From assembly GCA_950097015.1 (NCBI GenBank), contig CATNEN010000029.1:6572001-6636000 (forward strand): a stretch of 64,000 bases of DNA, given 5' to 3'. The notes under the pieces are model-generated. The model was not told the DNA's origin, did no database searches, and saw only the letters and a list, made by a program, of their open reading frames with translations. This document shows positions 27,901 through 39,689 of this stretch, in pieces. Source of the stretch: Macrostomum hystrix. Taxonomy: Eukaryota; Animalia; Platyhelminthes. The position numbers were made by a program, and so were the translations under genes. The first letter of the stretch is position 1, and each line of letters begins with the position of its first letter.

Positions 27901-30900
27901 GATTTAGACTAATAGTCACAGGATTTAGACTAGTAGTCACAGGATTTAGACTAGTTATAACAGGTTTTAATTAAAATACCGAGATTCAATATAGGAATAC
28001 TGCTCAAATTATACTGTACTTATTCAAATTTTACTAAATGCACCTGTTCTCCCAACACAGCCGGGCACCACCGTGTCAGCCAGGCACCTGTTCCGCCAGT
28101 TTCCTGTGCGCCTAAAGGAGATGCAGAAAAATGGCCAGCGCGAGTTGAAAGCCTGCGTCCGTTGCGTCACGGCCTACGCCCTGGTGCGGACCGGGGTCAA
28201 GTTCTGCCTCACCCACCAGCCCAGCCAGTCCAGGTTTGTTTTTGAGGCCGCAATATTTTCAAACTGGCCAATCACAAACCTTCAATGTTCTCTATGCCTA
28301 CTCCTTTATGCTGATGTATTTCGCTGGGAATAAAGTGTCACCAGACGCCCCGACGAGAGTCGTCGAATATCTCGACAATGCCGGTAATATTTTGTGATTC
28401 TGGAAGTTGTTTTCATCGGATAGAGCCGAATATGTTATTCAATGTTCTGGATTGTCATGCCGATTGCTTGAATATTGTTAGAAATTCAGGAAAAAAGAAA
28501 AATGTGCGTATTCGAAATAACCCCGTGTTCTTTCTACTGTTAACTGTGACGGAGCTAGCGGTAAGGACGCTCGACTCACGACTTGAAGGTCAGGGGTTCG
28601 ATTCGCGACTCGGTTGAGTGTGTTCGCCCGCTTTCTTCAGTCCATGGACTGAAGAGCTGTACGCAGGCTGTGTTGCGACGTGTTCTATGTATCCATCTAG
28701 CTTTATCAGGATGCTATAATAATCTTCATACTCAATATTAATTTATAATCTGTGACTAATTGCAAATTTTCAGCAAGCGAACCGTGGCGCTAAAAACCAA
28801 CGGATCGAACTCAATCGACGAATGCATCGCCGTACTGTTTACCGCTAGTCAGGTGCGAGCTAGGACACTAAATTGTTAGATTATTGTACTTCAAACCGTC
28901 ATAGACACAACATAGACCGCCTTCGCCAAACGATTCGCTCGCAGGCCAAATCCCTGCTGCCCCTAGCAACTCCGCCTAATTGGTTGCATCTGCTTGCAGA
29001 AGATCAGAGGCCCAGTAGGATTTCGGATAGTCAGCAGCAGCTTCTTGATAGCATGCAGTAAGTCAGTTTTTTAATTAGTTTTGCAAATTTGTTATTATTT
29101 TTTTAATCAAAAGATTTGATTTCCCATAAGCCAAGAAGAGAAAGATCGGGACCTACCTAACAAAAATACTAATTAAAGCAAAGCAAACTTAGAAGGTTGT
29201 CTGCGCTCATTAAAATGATTAGTTTTGTTATATGTTTTTTCACTTTGACGTCAATTCTGCTATGATGTCAGTATAGCCGAAAAGTTGGATTATAATTTAA
29301 TTAAGAAAACGAAAATGGACTTTTTGAATTGTATAAAATTAAAATTAAAATTAAAATTAAACTTAAAATTAGATAAAACGTTGGATAAGGCTGGAATCTA
29401 GAGTTGTCATACCTATGGCCAGTCAACCAAAACCCTGTATTTTTAATCCTGAGAGCGAGGATTATTAAGGGACTCGGGATTATCAAACGACTAGAGATTA
29501 TCAAAAGACTGGGATTATTGAAGAACTGAAATTCTTTGTAGTACCTTATACAACTTAGGATTATGCTAAAGGGCAAAGTTTATTCCAAAGATCTGGGATT
29601 ACCTTATCCCGAGAACCTAGGATTATCCCAAGGACCTAGGATTATCCCAAGAACCTAGGATTATCCCGAGAATCTAGGATTATTCCAAGAACCTAGGATT
29701 ATCCCGAGAACCTAGGATTATCCCGAGAACCTAGGATTATCCCAAGAACCTAGGATTATCCCAAGAACCTAGGATTATCCCAAGAACCTAGGATTATCCC
29801 AAGAACCTAGGATTTTCCCAAGGACTTAAAAATATACGCATAAAATTATCCCAAGAATCTAGGATTATGCAAATGACCTAGCATTTTTCCAAGGAGATAG
29901 AATTATCCCAAAAATCAAGAATTATCCCAAGGACCTAATATTATCCCAGGGACCTAGAACTAATCCAAAGACATGTGATTATTTCAAGAAGCTAGGATTA
30001 TCGAAAACCTTGGCAGCCATCCTTTGGATTTAGAGTTTTCAAGAACCTGGAGCTATTGAAGCACAGTAGAAAGTTACAGAACTGTCTGCCATCTCCCGCA
30101 GTCTGTCAGGCCGCATCTCCAGCCCGCTGCCTGGCTTGGGTCGGCCGGCGGGTGATCGACAGTTCTTCTACATCAACAGCAGGCCCTGCCAGCTGCCCAG
30201 ACTGGCTAGGCTTGCCAATGAAGTGTACAAGCAGTACAATAGGACACAGTTTCCGTTCCTGATGCTACACCTGCAATTGCCCACTGGTAAGCTTCAGGCG
30301 TAGGCCAGCTTTTTATTACATTTTTGTAATCGTGATATGGTGTTTCAGATTCAGTTTGTAATATCTTCCGTCTGTAATTGATTGAGCGCATGAAATCGAA
30401 CGAATGCGGCAGATTCCGTTTAATGGAATCGAAATAATTTCACAGATTCTGTTTTAATAGAATCGAACGAATTTGGCAGATTCCGTTTAAATGGAATCGA
30501 ACGAATTTGGCAGATTCCGTTTAAATGGAATCGAAAAAAATAGGCAGATTCCGTTTTAATGGAATCGAACGAATTTGGCAGATTCCGTTTAAATGGAATC
30601 GAAAAAAATTAGCAGATTCCGTTTTAATGGAATCGAAAGAATTTGGCAGATTCCGTTTTAATGGAATCGAAAGAATTTGGCAGATTCCGTTTTAATGGAA
30701 TCGAAAGAATTAAGCATATTCCGTTTAAATGGAATCGAATGAATTTGGCAGATTCCGTTAAATTGGAATCGAAAGAATGTGGCATTTTCCACTCCATGGA
30801 ATCTAACGAATGTGGCAGTTTCCACTCCATGGAATCGAACAAATGTGGCAGTTTCCACTCCATGGAATCGAACGAATGTGGCAGTTCCACTACATGGAAT

Positions 30901-33692
30901 CGAACAAATGTGGCAGTTTCCACTCCATGGAATCGAACAAATGTGGCAGTTTCCACTCCATGGAATCGAACAAATGTGGCAGTTTCCACTCCATGGAATC
31001 GAACAAATGTGGCAGTTTCCACTCCATGGAATCGAACGAATGTGGCAGTTTCCACTCCATGGAATCGAACGAATGTGGCAGTTTCCGCTTTATAAAATCT
31101 TATTATTTCAACGCTCAACAGACGCAATCGATATTAACCTGACGCCGGACAAGCGCTCAATCTACCTGTCCCACGAGAGCCTGCTGACTGCCTGCCTCCG
31201 AGTCCACCTTCACCAGCAGCTGGAATCGGCCAACGGCTGCCTATCCATGCCGTTGAGGACTGTCGGCGGCGGAATCTCCGACTTCCCTGCGGCGAGCCAA
31301 CAGCCGCGGTCTTCCCAGATGCCGCCTGGCGCTGACGCCTCCGCTGAGCCTGACATCGACGAAGACGACGACTGCAGGGCTGGCACTGCCAGCAGCAGCA
31401 GCAGCAGCGGCGCTAACTCACCCCTGACCATTTTCAGGGTGAGCGATGGCTTATAGCAATCTGAATTAAGCAGCTTTTCGATCAATTCTAGCAGTAGCAT
31501 TCGTATTAATTGCAGTAGTAGACGTAGTAGTGAAATACTTAGGAAGGAACGGAATTAACTGACACTGACCTGTGCTGCCTTATATATAAAATCATTATCC
31601 ACCAATCTACTCATTTACACAATGCTTCCACTTCCAATTCTAGAGCCAGTCGCCCTTACTAGAGTCAACGGCAGCTCCCGCAACCGCTATCGAAGCTTCA
31701 ACCGACGTCGCCGCCGCCACGGTCAGTGCTGGCAGCCGTCAGTCAACCATTGAACGGCTGCGAGCTGCCTTCGCCGTGAATAGTTCAGCGTCCACGGCCT
31801 CTTCGACTTCGAAAATTGCAACTGTTGAAACGACTGGAGCTGCAGCCTCCTTTGCCGAGTCTTCTCCGCCGAAGAAGAGTGAGTCCATTGTGCAGGCCAG
31901 TGCTTTCGTAGGAACAGTAGAAAGACACGCTATTTTCCCCCTGGGGAATGACAGCGAGGTTTAAATACCCACTGCCTACTTCGCGACAGCTCCCAAACCG
32001 AATGACCGATTTTCGTGAAAGTCCACCATCTGAATCAATATTCTCCGCCCTTTACGATGAACTGACTTTATCGTATGTCTTGCGATGCGAATGTCTTGTG
32101 ATTCTGGAAGTTGCTTCACCGGATAACGGAGCGAAACATTTTAGCACGTGTTCTCCATTTTCATGGCGATTGGTTGAATATTTTAGAAGAAGAAAGAAAA
32201 ATGTGGCATTTGAAATACCTCCTTGGTCTTTTACTGCTAACTGGAGCCAACTGCCGCGATTAGAGCTCGTAGCCTAGTGGTTAGAGCGTCGGACTCACAA
32301 CTTGAAGGTCGGGAGTTCGATTCCTGACTCCACTGGAACAATTTGTGTCCTTTAGCAAGACGATTAACTCTGCATTGCTTCAGTTCAGCCAGCTGTTAGA
32401 TGGGTACCAGCATCAGCTGGGATAATTGAAGGTGGGTGTGGCGTCCCCCCAGTCCATGGACTGAACAGCCTTCAGATGTGCCGCGCATTAGCTGCAGTTG
32501 AGCTGTCGGCTGCACATCTGGCCCGATTGGGGCAGGTGTAATCAATTAATAATAATATTAATATTATCAGGAGCCAACGAAAAAAAGTAGAACAAAAATT
32601 CTTTTAGAGCAAAAGTCGTTAGCCGCCTTCTGGTCTGTCGCCCCGGCAAAGCCGCTTGACGACGGGTCGTCGCTTCGGCGAAGTCTGTCGCCAATTGAGG
32701 TCGCCGCCGAATCAACGACAGAGGTCCGATCTTCGTCTAAGTATTCGCAGTCTACACAGAAGAAACTGCAGTCCGCGGAAGATGCGCCCGCCGGCAAAGA
32801 AGTCTTTGTCTACGATGACTGTCCGGAGTTTGGCGGCGCTGACGACCCCGCAATGCCGGCTGCTGGTCGGGCGCGGTCTGTCTGCAGCTTCCAGCTGGAC
32901 CGGCTGCTCCGGCTCTACGCTACTTGCGCGGAGTCGCCGACTGCGGCGGACAACGAAGCGGGGACGCGATCCCGCTACCAGGCCCGCATCCGGCCGGAGG
33001 ACAGCGCCGCGGCCGAAGCAGAGCTGCGCGCCAGTCTGGACCGCGACGGACTGCGCCGGCTCCGACCGCTCGGCCAGTTCAACCTGGGCTTCCTGCCCTG
33101 CCTGCTCGACACAGCCGGCGACGTCTTCCTTATCGACCAGCACGCAGCCGACGAGAAGTGCCGTTTTGAGGCGCTGCAGCGGGACGGGCGCCACCTGACG
33201 CGGCAGCCGCTGGCCGCGCCGAAACGCCTTCGCCTCACCTTCGCCCAGGAGGAGACGGTGGCCGCCGCCTTGGCGCGCTTCTCCGCCGCCCGCTTCGACA
33301 TCGAAGTCGATCAGGATGCCCCCGTCGGCTCGCGACTCCGCCTGCTGTCCGTGCCGCTCGGCCTTGGCAAATGGAGCTTCGGCCTGTCCGATCTCGAGGA
33401 GCTCATCGAGCTGGTGGCAGCCGACGATGGCGCCGGCTGCGATGATGGCGTCGGCGACGCCCCGCCGGCTCCGCTGCTTCTGCCTAGTCGAGTGCGCGCC
33501 ATGCTGGCTAGCCGAGCCTGCCGCTCCGCCGTGATGATCGGCGACGCGCTGGACGCTAGGCAGCGGGCGCGCATTGTGGCCAGCCTGGCCGAGCTGGACC
33601 AGCCATGGAATTGTCCGCACGGCCGGCCGACCATTCGGCATCTGCTGCACGCTCCCGAGGCGCTGAGCACCTTGCCGCTGTATCCGGACTGA
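21972..33692 (+). CDS. PMS2: Mismatch repair endonuclease PMS2 (MutL-alpha subunit), 11 exons, 870 aa
   Basis: Exons 21972-22104, 22223-22309, 22397-22499, 22782-22884, 28061-28233, 28774-28852, 28945-29057, 30102-30286, 31122-31438, 31644-31878, 32608-33692 join in frame (2613 nt). GHKL motifs [31 protein letters not shown]; DRQFFYIN; DINLTPDKR; clamp-binding QPLAAP; endonuclease motifs [27 protein letters not shown]. Confidence 0.96.
23040..26270. repeat. 44-bp dimeric satellite (GAAATCCCATGACTATTACTCC + AAAATCCTATGACTAATTCTTC)n, PMS2 intron 4
   Basis: Period 44 (e.g. 23461 and 23505), built from two related 22-mers. Confidence 0.97.
26925..27045 (+). mobile_element. SINE family 2 fragment (PMS2 intron 4)
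   Basis: TGAAAGGTCGGGGGTTCGAATTCCGACTC...AGCTGGGGTAATTGAGGGT...CCCCAGTCCATTGATTCAACAGCC. Confidence 0.65.
27215..27955. repeat. 21-bp minisatellite (TAGTCACGGGATTTAGACTAA)n, PMS2 intron 4
   Basis: Tandem periodicity. Its reverse complement resembles the 23040-26270 monomer. Confidence 0.97.
28350..28545. repeat. Dispersed repeat family 3 fragment
   Basis: GTGATTCTGGAAGTTGTTTTCATCGGATAGAGCCGAATAT...GAAAAATGTG. Confidence 0.62.
28548..28680 (+). mobile_element. SINE family 2, internally deleted copy (PMS2 intron 5)
   Basis: GACTCACGACTTGAAGGTCAGGGGTTCGATTCGCGACTC followed by CTTCAGTCCATGGACTGAA. Confidence 0.7.
29580..29830. repeat. 19-bp minisatellite (GGATTATCCCAAGAACCTA)n, PMS2 intron 7
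   Basis: Tandem core with degenerate flanks from about 29450 to 30050. Confidence 0.92.
30390..31088. repeat. 33-bp minisatellite (CCATGGAATCGAACAAATGTGGCAGTTTCCACT / AATGGAATCGAACGAATTTGGCAGATTCCGTTT)n, PMS2 intron 8
   Basis: Two unit variants occupy the 5' and 3' halves of the array. Confidence 0.95.
31965..32250. repeat. Dispersed repeat family 3 (unclassified, possibly a non-autonomous DNA element)
   Basis: CAGCTCCCAAACCGAATGAC...GTGATTCTGGAAGTTG...CATGGCGATTGGTTGAATATTTT recurs at ~28350-28545 and ~58470-58910. Confidence 0.7.
32262..32545 (+). mobile_element. tRNA-derived SINE family 2, full-length copy (PMS2 intron 10)
   Basis: A box TAGCCTAGTGG, tRNA-like arm CGGACTCACAACTTG, B box GAGTTCGATTCC, central GCTTCAGTTCAGCCAGCTGTTAGATGGGTACC, body CAGTCCATGGACTGAACAGCC, AAT-rich tail. 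Confidence 0.82.
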
Positions 33693-34606
33693 GAAAGGAT
33701 TTTACTCTAACCTGGATACTTTAGCGAGCTGAGTCGGACTTAATTTTATAGATTATAAATTTATAGTTTATGAAGTCACCCCGAAAATCCCCTATTTTAT
33801 ACACTTTTTATCCCCTTAGCTTTTAAATGAACCCTTCAGGGAATTAGTAAGCTCTCTATGTGAAAAAGCAGTCCTCCTATTCATTAAGTTCCAAATGATA
33901 TCGTCCCGTAGTTCCCAGCACGTATCACAAAAATATTCAGTTTTTTTATTTATTTGTTTTTAAAAAATCTGAATTTTCAAGTTTATGAAAATTAATTTCC
34001 CTGAAAATTTGCCCGGCTGAAATAGGAAAACTTAATCCTCTTTAATCCAGCAATCCATTTGAAATGCACTTTTACAATGCGAGCAGAGCTGGTCTGTCCG
34101 CCTTGTCCATATTTTTCCATACAAAAAGCTACGCCCCCTGCGTGCCTTGAAAACTTCTCAATCGAGAATTCGTTTCGCATAGAAAGATTTTAGCCAATTA
34201 TGCCTGGAGGCCCTACTCAATGAGCTGGCTTCATCTCTCCGTAGCAGTAGAAAAAATAATTTACATTCTTACGTATTTTTCATCATAGGATAGTCAAGTC
34301 AAAAAATACTTCTTCTTAGCATTTCTTCAGCTTGTTTGCACAACAATTGCTTCCTCAAAAGCAATGGTTAATGTAAACGTATTCGCATTTCGCTTAGTTT
34401 CACTGTAAAGTTAAAAGCGACACTTTTTATCTGCATATTTGTAGCTTTTTTCTGCTTTCGTGTGGGCTGAGATTTTTGCTAATATACAAGCGGATTTGAG
34501 CATCGGACTCCGTTACCAGACAGATCCTTCGCATTTTTGATTTTCGTGAAAAAAAGGCTCGACTATGTGTCAGTATTTATGCTCGGCATATAAGACCTCA
34601 CTCATC

Positions 34607-34775
34607 TCATACACTGTCACTCAGCATCTCTCAGACACTGTCACTCTGCATCTCTCAGACACTGTCACTCTGCATCTCTCAGACACTGTCACTCTGCATC
34701 TCTCAGACACTGTCACTCTGCATCTCTCAGACACTGTCACTCCGCATCTCTCAGGCACTGTTACTCTGCATCTCT
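34607..34775. repeat. 24-bp minisatellite (CACTGTCACTCTGCATCTCTCAGA)n
   Basis: Reverse complement of the 36450-39085 unit. Confidence 0.95.
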
Positions 34776-35399
34776 TAATATTGTCTTTCGTGGTTTACTA
34801 TCACAGGTACTATAGTACGAGGTACGAGGTCGTAGGTAAACGTTATCAGTGTTTTCCATTTGCCTTTGCAAATGAGGGGACAAGCCAGTCAGCCAGCTTT
34901 TGTCCGGCAAAGGAGTTTTGGGCAGCCGAGAGGTCTGTCCAGATTCTTTATAGCTAAAAGCACTCAGTCGTACTAAACAACGCATTCTCTCTTTACCGAT
35001 AAAAAAAGTAGTTCCAAAAAAGTACAGGACGTCATTTGTAATTCTCTGTATGTTGTTGTCTCATCTACAAGTCGAGGAAAGCGAGAAGAAAGGGCTAAGT
35101 ACTCGGTCATGCTAAAAGGCCATGTGTCCCTTATTTAAATAGCAAAGAGGACTCCAGAAAGATCTCATCTCACTACTTTCAAAGGTCATCATTATTTTAG
35201 AGAACGTTTTATCTTGAAATCTGTCATTGGAAAACTGTGGAGTGTTAGTTAGATAAGCAGCCTACTTACGGATCGCAGGGTAACTTTACCATAGACTAGC
35301 ATAGACTAGGTCATTAGTAAATGACCGCCTTGCACAAGCCTGGTTTATTAAATAAATTAGGTTTATTTAAAACTATTGGTTTTTCCGAAGTCCATTGAA

Positions 35400-35960
35400 C
35401 TCTACTTCCATCTCTCTAAGTCTACCTACTTCCATCTCTCAATCTTCTTCCATATCTTTACCTACTTCTATCTCTCTACCTACTTCAATCTCTGTAGCTA
35501 CTTCCATCTCTCTACCTACTTCTATCTTTCTACCTACTTCCATCTCTCTACCTACTTCTGTCTCTCTAAGTCTACCTACTTCCATCTCTCTACCTACTTC
35601 CATCTCTCTACCTACTTCTATCTCTCTAAGTCTACCTACTTCTATCTCTCTAAGTCTACCTACTTCTATCTCTCTAAGTCTACCTACTTCTATCTCTCTA
35701 AGTCTACCTACTTCTATCTCTCTAAGTCTACCTACTTCTATCTCTCTAAGTCTACCTACTTCTATCTCTCTAAGTCTACCTACTTCTATCTCTCTAAGTC
35801 TACCTACTTCTATCTCTCTAAGTCTACCTACTTCTATCTCTCTAAGTCTACCTACTTCTATCTCTCTAAGTCTACCTACTCCTATCTTTCTACCTACTTC
35901 TATCTCTCTACGTCTACCTACTTCCATATCTGTACCTACTTCCATCTCTACGAAATTCCA
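35400..35960. repeat. 18/24-bp minisatellite (TCTACCTACTTCTATCTCTCTAAG)n
   Basis: Tandem periodicity. Confidence 0.95.
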
Positions 35961-36449
35961 TCTCTCTACAAACATCCCTATATTTTATCCTGTGCAAACG
36001 TGCTTAGCTAGTTAGCATATTAGGAAACAGACAGGCTTCCATAGTTGCGGGTGTTGAACGAAAGCAAACAGACAGACATAGACCCGGGTTTTTATATTTC
36101 TGTTTGACTAGCAGTGTGGAATTATAACCCGGCTGTTTTCTAGTGATATCTTAACCGTTCACCCGGGAGATGACGATATGCAGATCCACACACCCACACC
36201 CACACTTATTCATTTAAGACGAAAGAAATGAGCGAAATGCTGAAGTACACTCACATTTGATGTGTACACTTTTTACATGCATAGAACAATGCACAGCTTT
36301 TACTTCCGTGATACCGAGAGACATGCATTGAATTCTCAGCCGTAGCAGCAAAAAAGAAGACATGCTTCTTTTACTAAAAACATTTAAAGTTTCTTTGTTA
36401 TAAATTTTGCTAAACAATTGATAACAACAAAGCTATAGTGTTGAGTTTA

Positions 36450-39085
36450 TGAGCTGCAGAGTGACAGTGCCTGAGAGATGCAGAGTGACAGTGTCTGAGA
36501 GATGCAGAGTGACAGTGTGTGTGAGATGCAGAGTGACAGTGTCTGAGAGATGCAGAGTGACAGTGTCTGAGAATTGCAGAGTGACAGTGTGTGTGAGATG
36601 CAGAGTGACAGTGTCTGAGAGATGCAGAGTGACAGTGTGTGTGAGATGCAGAGTGACAGTGTCTGAGAGATGCAGAGTGACAGTGTCTGAGAAATGCAGA
36701 GTGACAGTGTGTGTGAGATGCAGAGTGACAGTGTCTGAGAGATGCAGAGTGACAGTGTGTGTGAGATGCAGAGTGACTGTCTCTGAGAGATGCAGAGTGA
36801 CAGTGTCTGAGAGAGGCAGAGTGACAGTGCCTGAGAGATGCAGAGTGACAGTGTCTGAGAGAGGCAGAGTGACAGTGCCTGAGAGATGCAGAGTGACAGT
36901 GTCTGAGAGAGGCAGAGTGACAGTGTCTGAGAAATGCAGAGTGACAGTGTCTGAGAGATGCAGAGTGACAGTGTCTGACAGATGCAGAGTGACAGTGTGT
37001 GTGAGATGCAGAGTGACAGTGCCTGAGAGATGCAGAGTGACAGTGTGTGTGAGATGCAGAGTGACTGTCTCTGAGAGATGCAGAGTGACAGTGTCTGAGA
37101 GAGGCAGAGTGACAGTGCCTGAGAGATGCAGAGTGACAGTGTCTGAGAGATGCAGAGTGACAGTGTCTGAGAGATGCAGAGTGACAGTGTCTGAGAGATG
37201 CAGAGTGACAGTGTCTGAGAGATGCAGAGTGACAGTGTGTGTGAGATGCAGAGTGACAGTGTCTGAGAGATGCAGAGTGACAGTGTCTGAGAGAGGCAGA
37301 GTGACAGTGCCTGAGAGATGCAGAGTGACAGTGTCTGAGAGATGCAGAGTGACAGTGTCTGAGAGATGCAGAGTGACAGTGTCTGAGAAATGCAGAGTGA
37401 CAGTGTGTGTGAGATGCAGAGTGACAGTGCCTGAGAGATGCAGAGTGACAGTGTGTGTGAGATGCAGAGTGACTGTCTCTGAGAGATGCAGAGTGACAGT
37501 GTCTGAGAGAGGCAGAGTGACAGTGCCTGAGAGATGCAGAGTGACAGTGTCTGAGAGATGCAGAGTGACAGTGTCTGAGAGATGCAGAGTGACAGTGTGT
37601 GTGAGATTCAGAGTGACAGTGTCTGAGAGATGCAGAGTGACAGTGTCTGAGAGATGCAGAGTGACTGTCTCTGAGAGATGCAGAGTGACAGTGTCTGAGA
37701 GAGGCAGAGTGACAGTGCCTGAGAGATGCAGAGTGACAGTGTCTGAGAGATGCAGAGTGACAGTGTCTGAGAGATGCAGAGTGACAGTGTCTGAGAAATG
37801 CAGAGTGACAGTGTGTGTGAGATGCAGAGTGACAGTGTCTGAGAGATGCAGAGTGACAGTGTCTGAGAGATGCAGAGTGACAGTGTGTGTGAGATGCAGA
37901 GTGACAGTGTCTGAGAGATGCAGAGTGACAGTGTCTGAGAGATGCAGAGTGACAGTGTCTGAGAAATGCAGAGTGACAGTGTCTGAGAGATGCAGAGTGA
38001 CAGTGTCTGAGAGATGCAGAGTGACAGTGTCTGAGAGATGCAGAGTGACAGTGTCTGAGAGATGCAGAGTGACAGTGTCTGAGAAATGCAGAGTGACAGT
38101 GTCTGAGAGATGCAGAGTGACAGTGTCTGAGAGATGCAGAGTGACAGTGTCTGAGAAATGCAGAGTGACAGTGTCTGAGAGATGCAGAGTGACAGTGTGT
38201 GTGAGATGCAGAGTGACAGTGTGTGTGAGATGCAGAGTGACAGTGTCTGAGAAATGCAGAGTGACAGTGTGTGTGAGATGCAGAGTGACAGTGTCTGAGA
38301 GATGCAGAGTGACAGTGTCTGAGAGATGCAGAGTGACAGTGTCTGAGAAATGCAGAGTGACAGTGTCTGAGAGATGCAGAGTGACAGTGTCTGAGAGATG
38401 CAGAGTGACAGTGTCTGAGAGATGCAGAGTGACAGTGTCTGAGAGATGCAGAGTGACAGTGTCTGAGAAATGCAGAGTGACAGTGTCTGAGAGATGCAGA
38501 GTGACAGTGTCTGAGAGATGCAGAGTGACAGTGTCTGAGAAATGCAGAGTGACAGTGTCTGAGAGATGCAGAGTGACAGTGTGTGTGAGATGCAGAGTGA
38601 CAGTGTGTGTGAGATGCAGAGTGACAGTGTCTGAGAGATGCAGAGTGACAGTGTCTGAGAGATGCAGAGTGACAGTGCCTGAGAGATGCAGAGTGACAGT
38701 GCCTGAGAGATGCAGAGTGACAGTGCCTGAGAGATGCAGAGTGACAGTGTCTGAGAGATGCAGAGTGACAGTGTCTGAGAGATGCAGAGTGACAGTGTCT
38801 GAGAGATGCAGAGTGACAGTGTCTGAGAGATGCAGAGTGACAGTGTCTGAGAAATGCAGAGTGACAGTGTGTGTGAGATGCAGAGTGACAGTGTCTGAGA
38901 GATGCAGAGTGACAGTGTCTGAGAGATGCAGAGTGACAGTGTGTGTGAGATGCAGAGTGACAGTGTCTGAGAAATGCAGAGTGACAGTGTCTGAGAGATG
39001 CAGAGTGACAGTGTCTGAGAGATGCAGAGTGACAGTGTCTGAGAGATGCAGAGTGACAGTGTCTGAGAGATGCAGAGTGACATTG
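36450..39085. repeat. 24-bp satellite (GAGATGCAGAGTGACAGTGTCTGA)n
   Basis: 2.6 kb array; source of the 886-aa and 498-aa pseudo-ORFs. Confidence 0.98.
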
Positions 39086-39689
39086 TCTGTAACACAGTTG
39101 TCACTGTAGGCTTGTATGCATGCAGAAGTACATCCCGCCCATCTTCAATCGTGGCCGCTCACAAGGTTAAAAGACACGAAAGTCGGTACCTCGTGTCTCC
39201 GTCAAGGCAGATGAATCGGATTGGATAAAAGTACAATTAGTCAGAATGGCTTAAGCGTGACTCTGAGAGCGCCCCCACCCGCCTGATTGTAACTGCTCCA
39301 ACTAAAGTCTGCATTTCTTGGAATTCCCGACTATTCGTTACTAAGTTTTTGTTATAAAAATGCGACGTGACTTTTCCACTGGGGCCCTTTAGAGTCACGT
39401 GGCGACTTGGTTCGTAAATGTTGGCTTGCTTTTCTTGAGATACATAGTTGGTGATTGCTGCGTTGCCAAATTAGTAGCGGCCTTTCCAAATCAGCTTTTC
39501 ATTTTTACTTTTCGCTCAAAACATTGCATATATATTTAAAAATTTTCCCAAGTCATGATTACTTCGCATCCCTATTCGCCAAAATCATCATCTCCGATTC
39601 GTAGAAACTACAATTCACTAAAATCCTGATTGACTGCAATCGTGATAAAAATTATCATTAATTCACCACAAGTCCCCATTCACTGTAAT

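Noticed and set aside
32262-32335. Possible tRNA gene (also 53235-53300, 28548-28612)
   Set aside because: The acceptor stem is poor, the head is joined to a repeated non-tRNA body, and copies are divergent; these are SINE heads.
32712-33670. Long antisense and alternate-frame ORFs over PMS2, the GPCR and the Mab-21-like gene
   Set aside because: Shadow ORFs expected from GC-rich coding exons; no recognisable motifs.
36449-39109. 886-aa (CRVTVSER)n ORF and antisense 498-aa ORF
   Set aside because: Translation of a 24-bp satellite; variants are not biased to synonymous sites as far as can be seen by eye.
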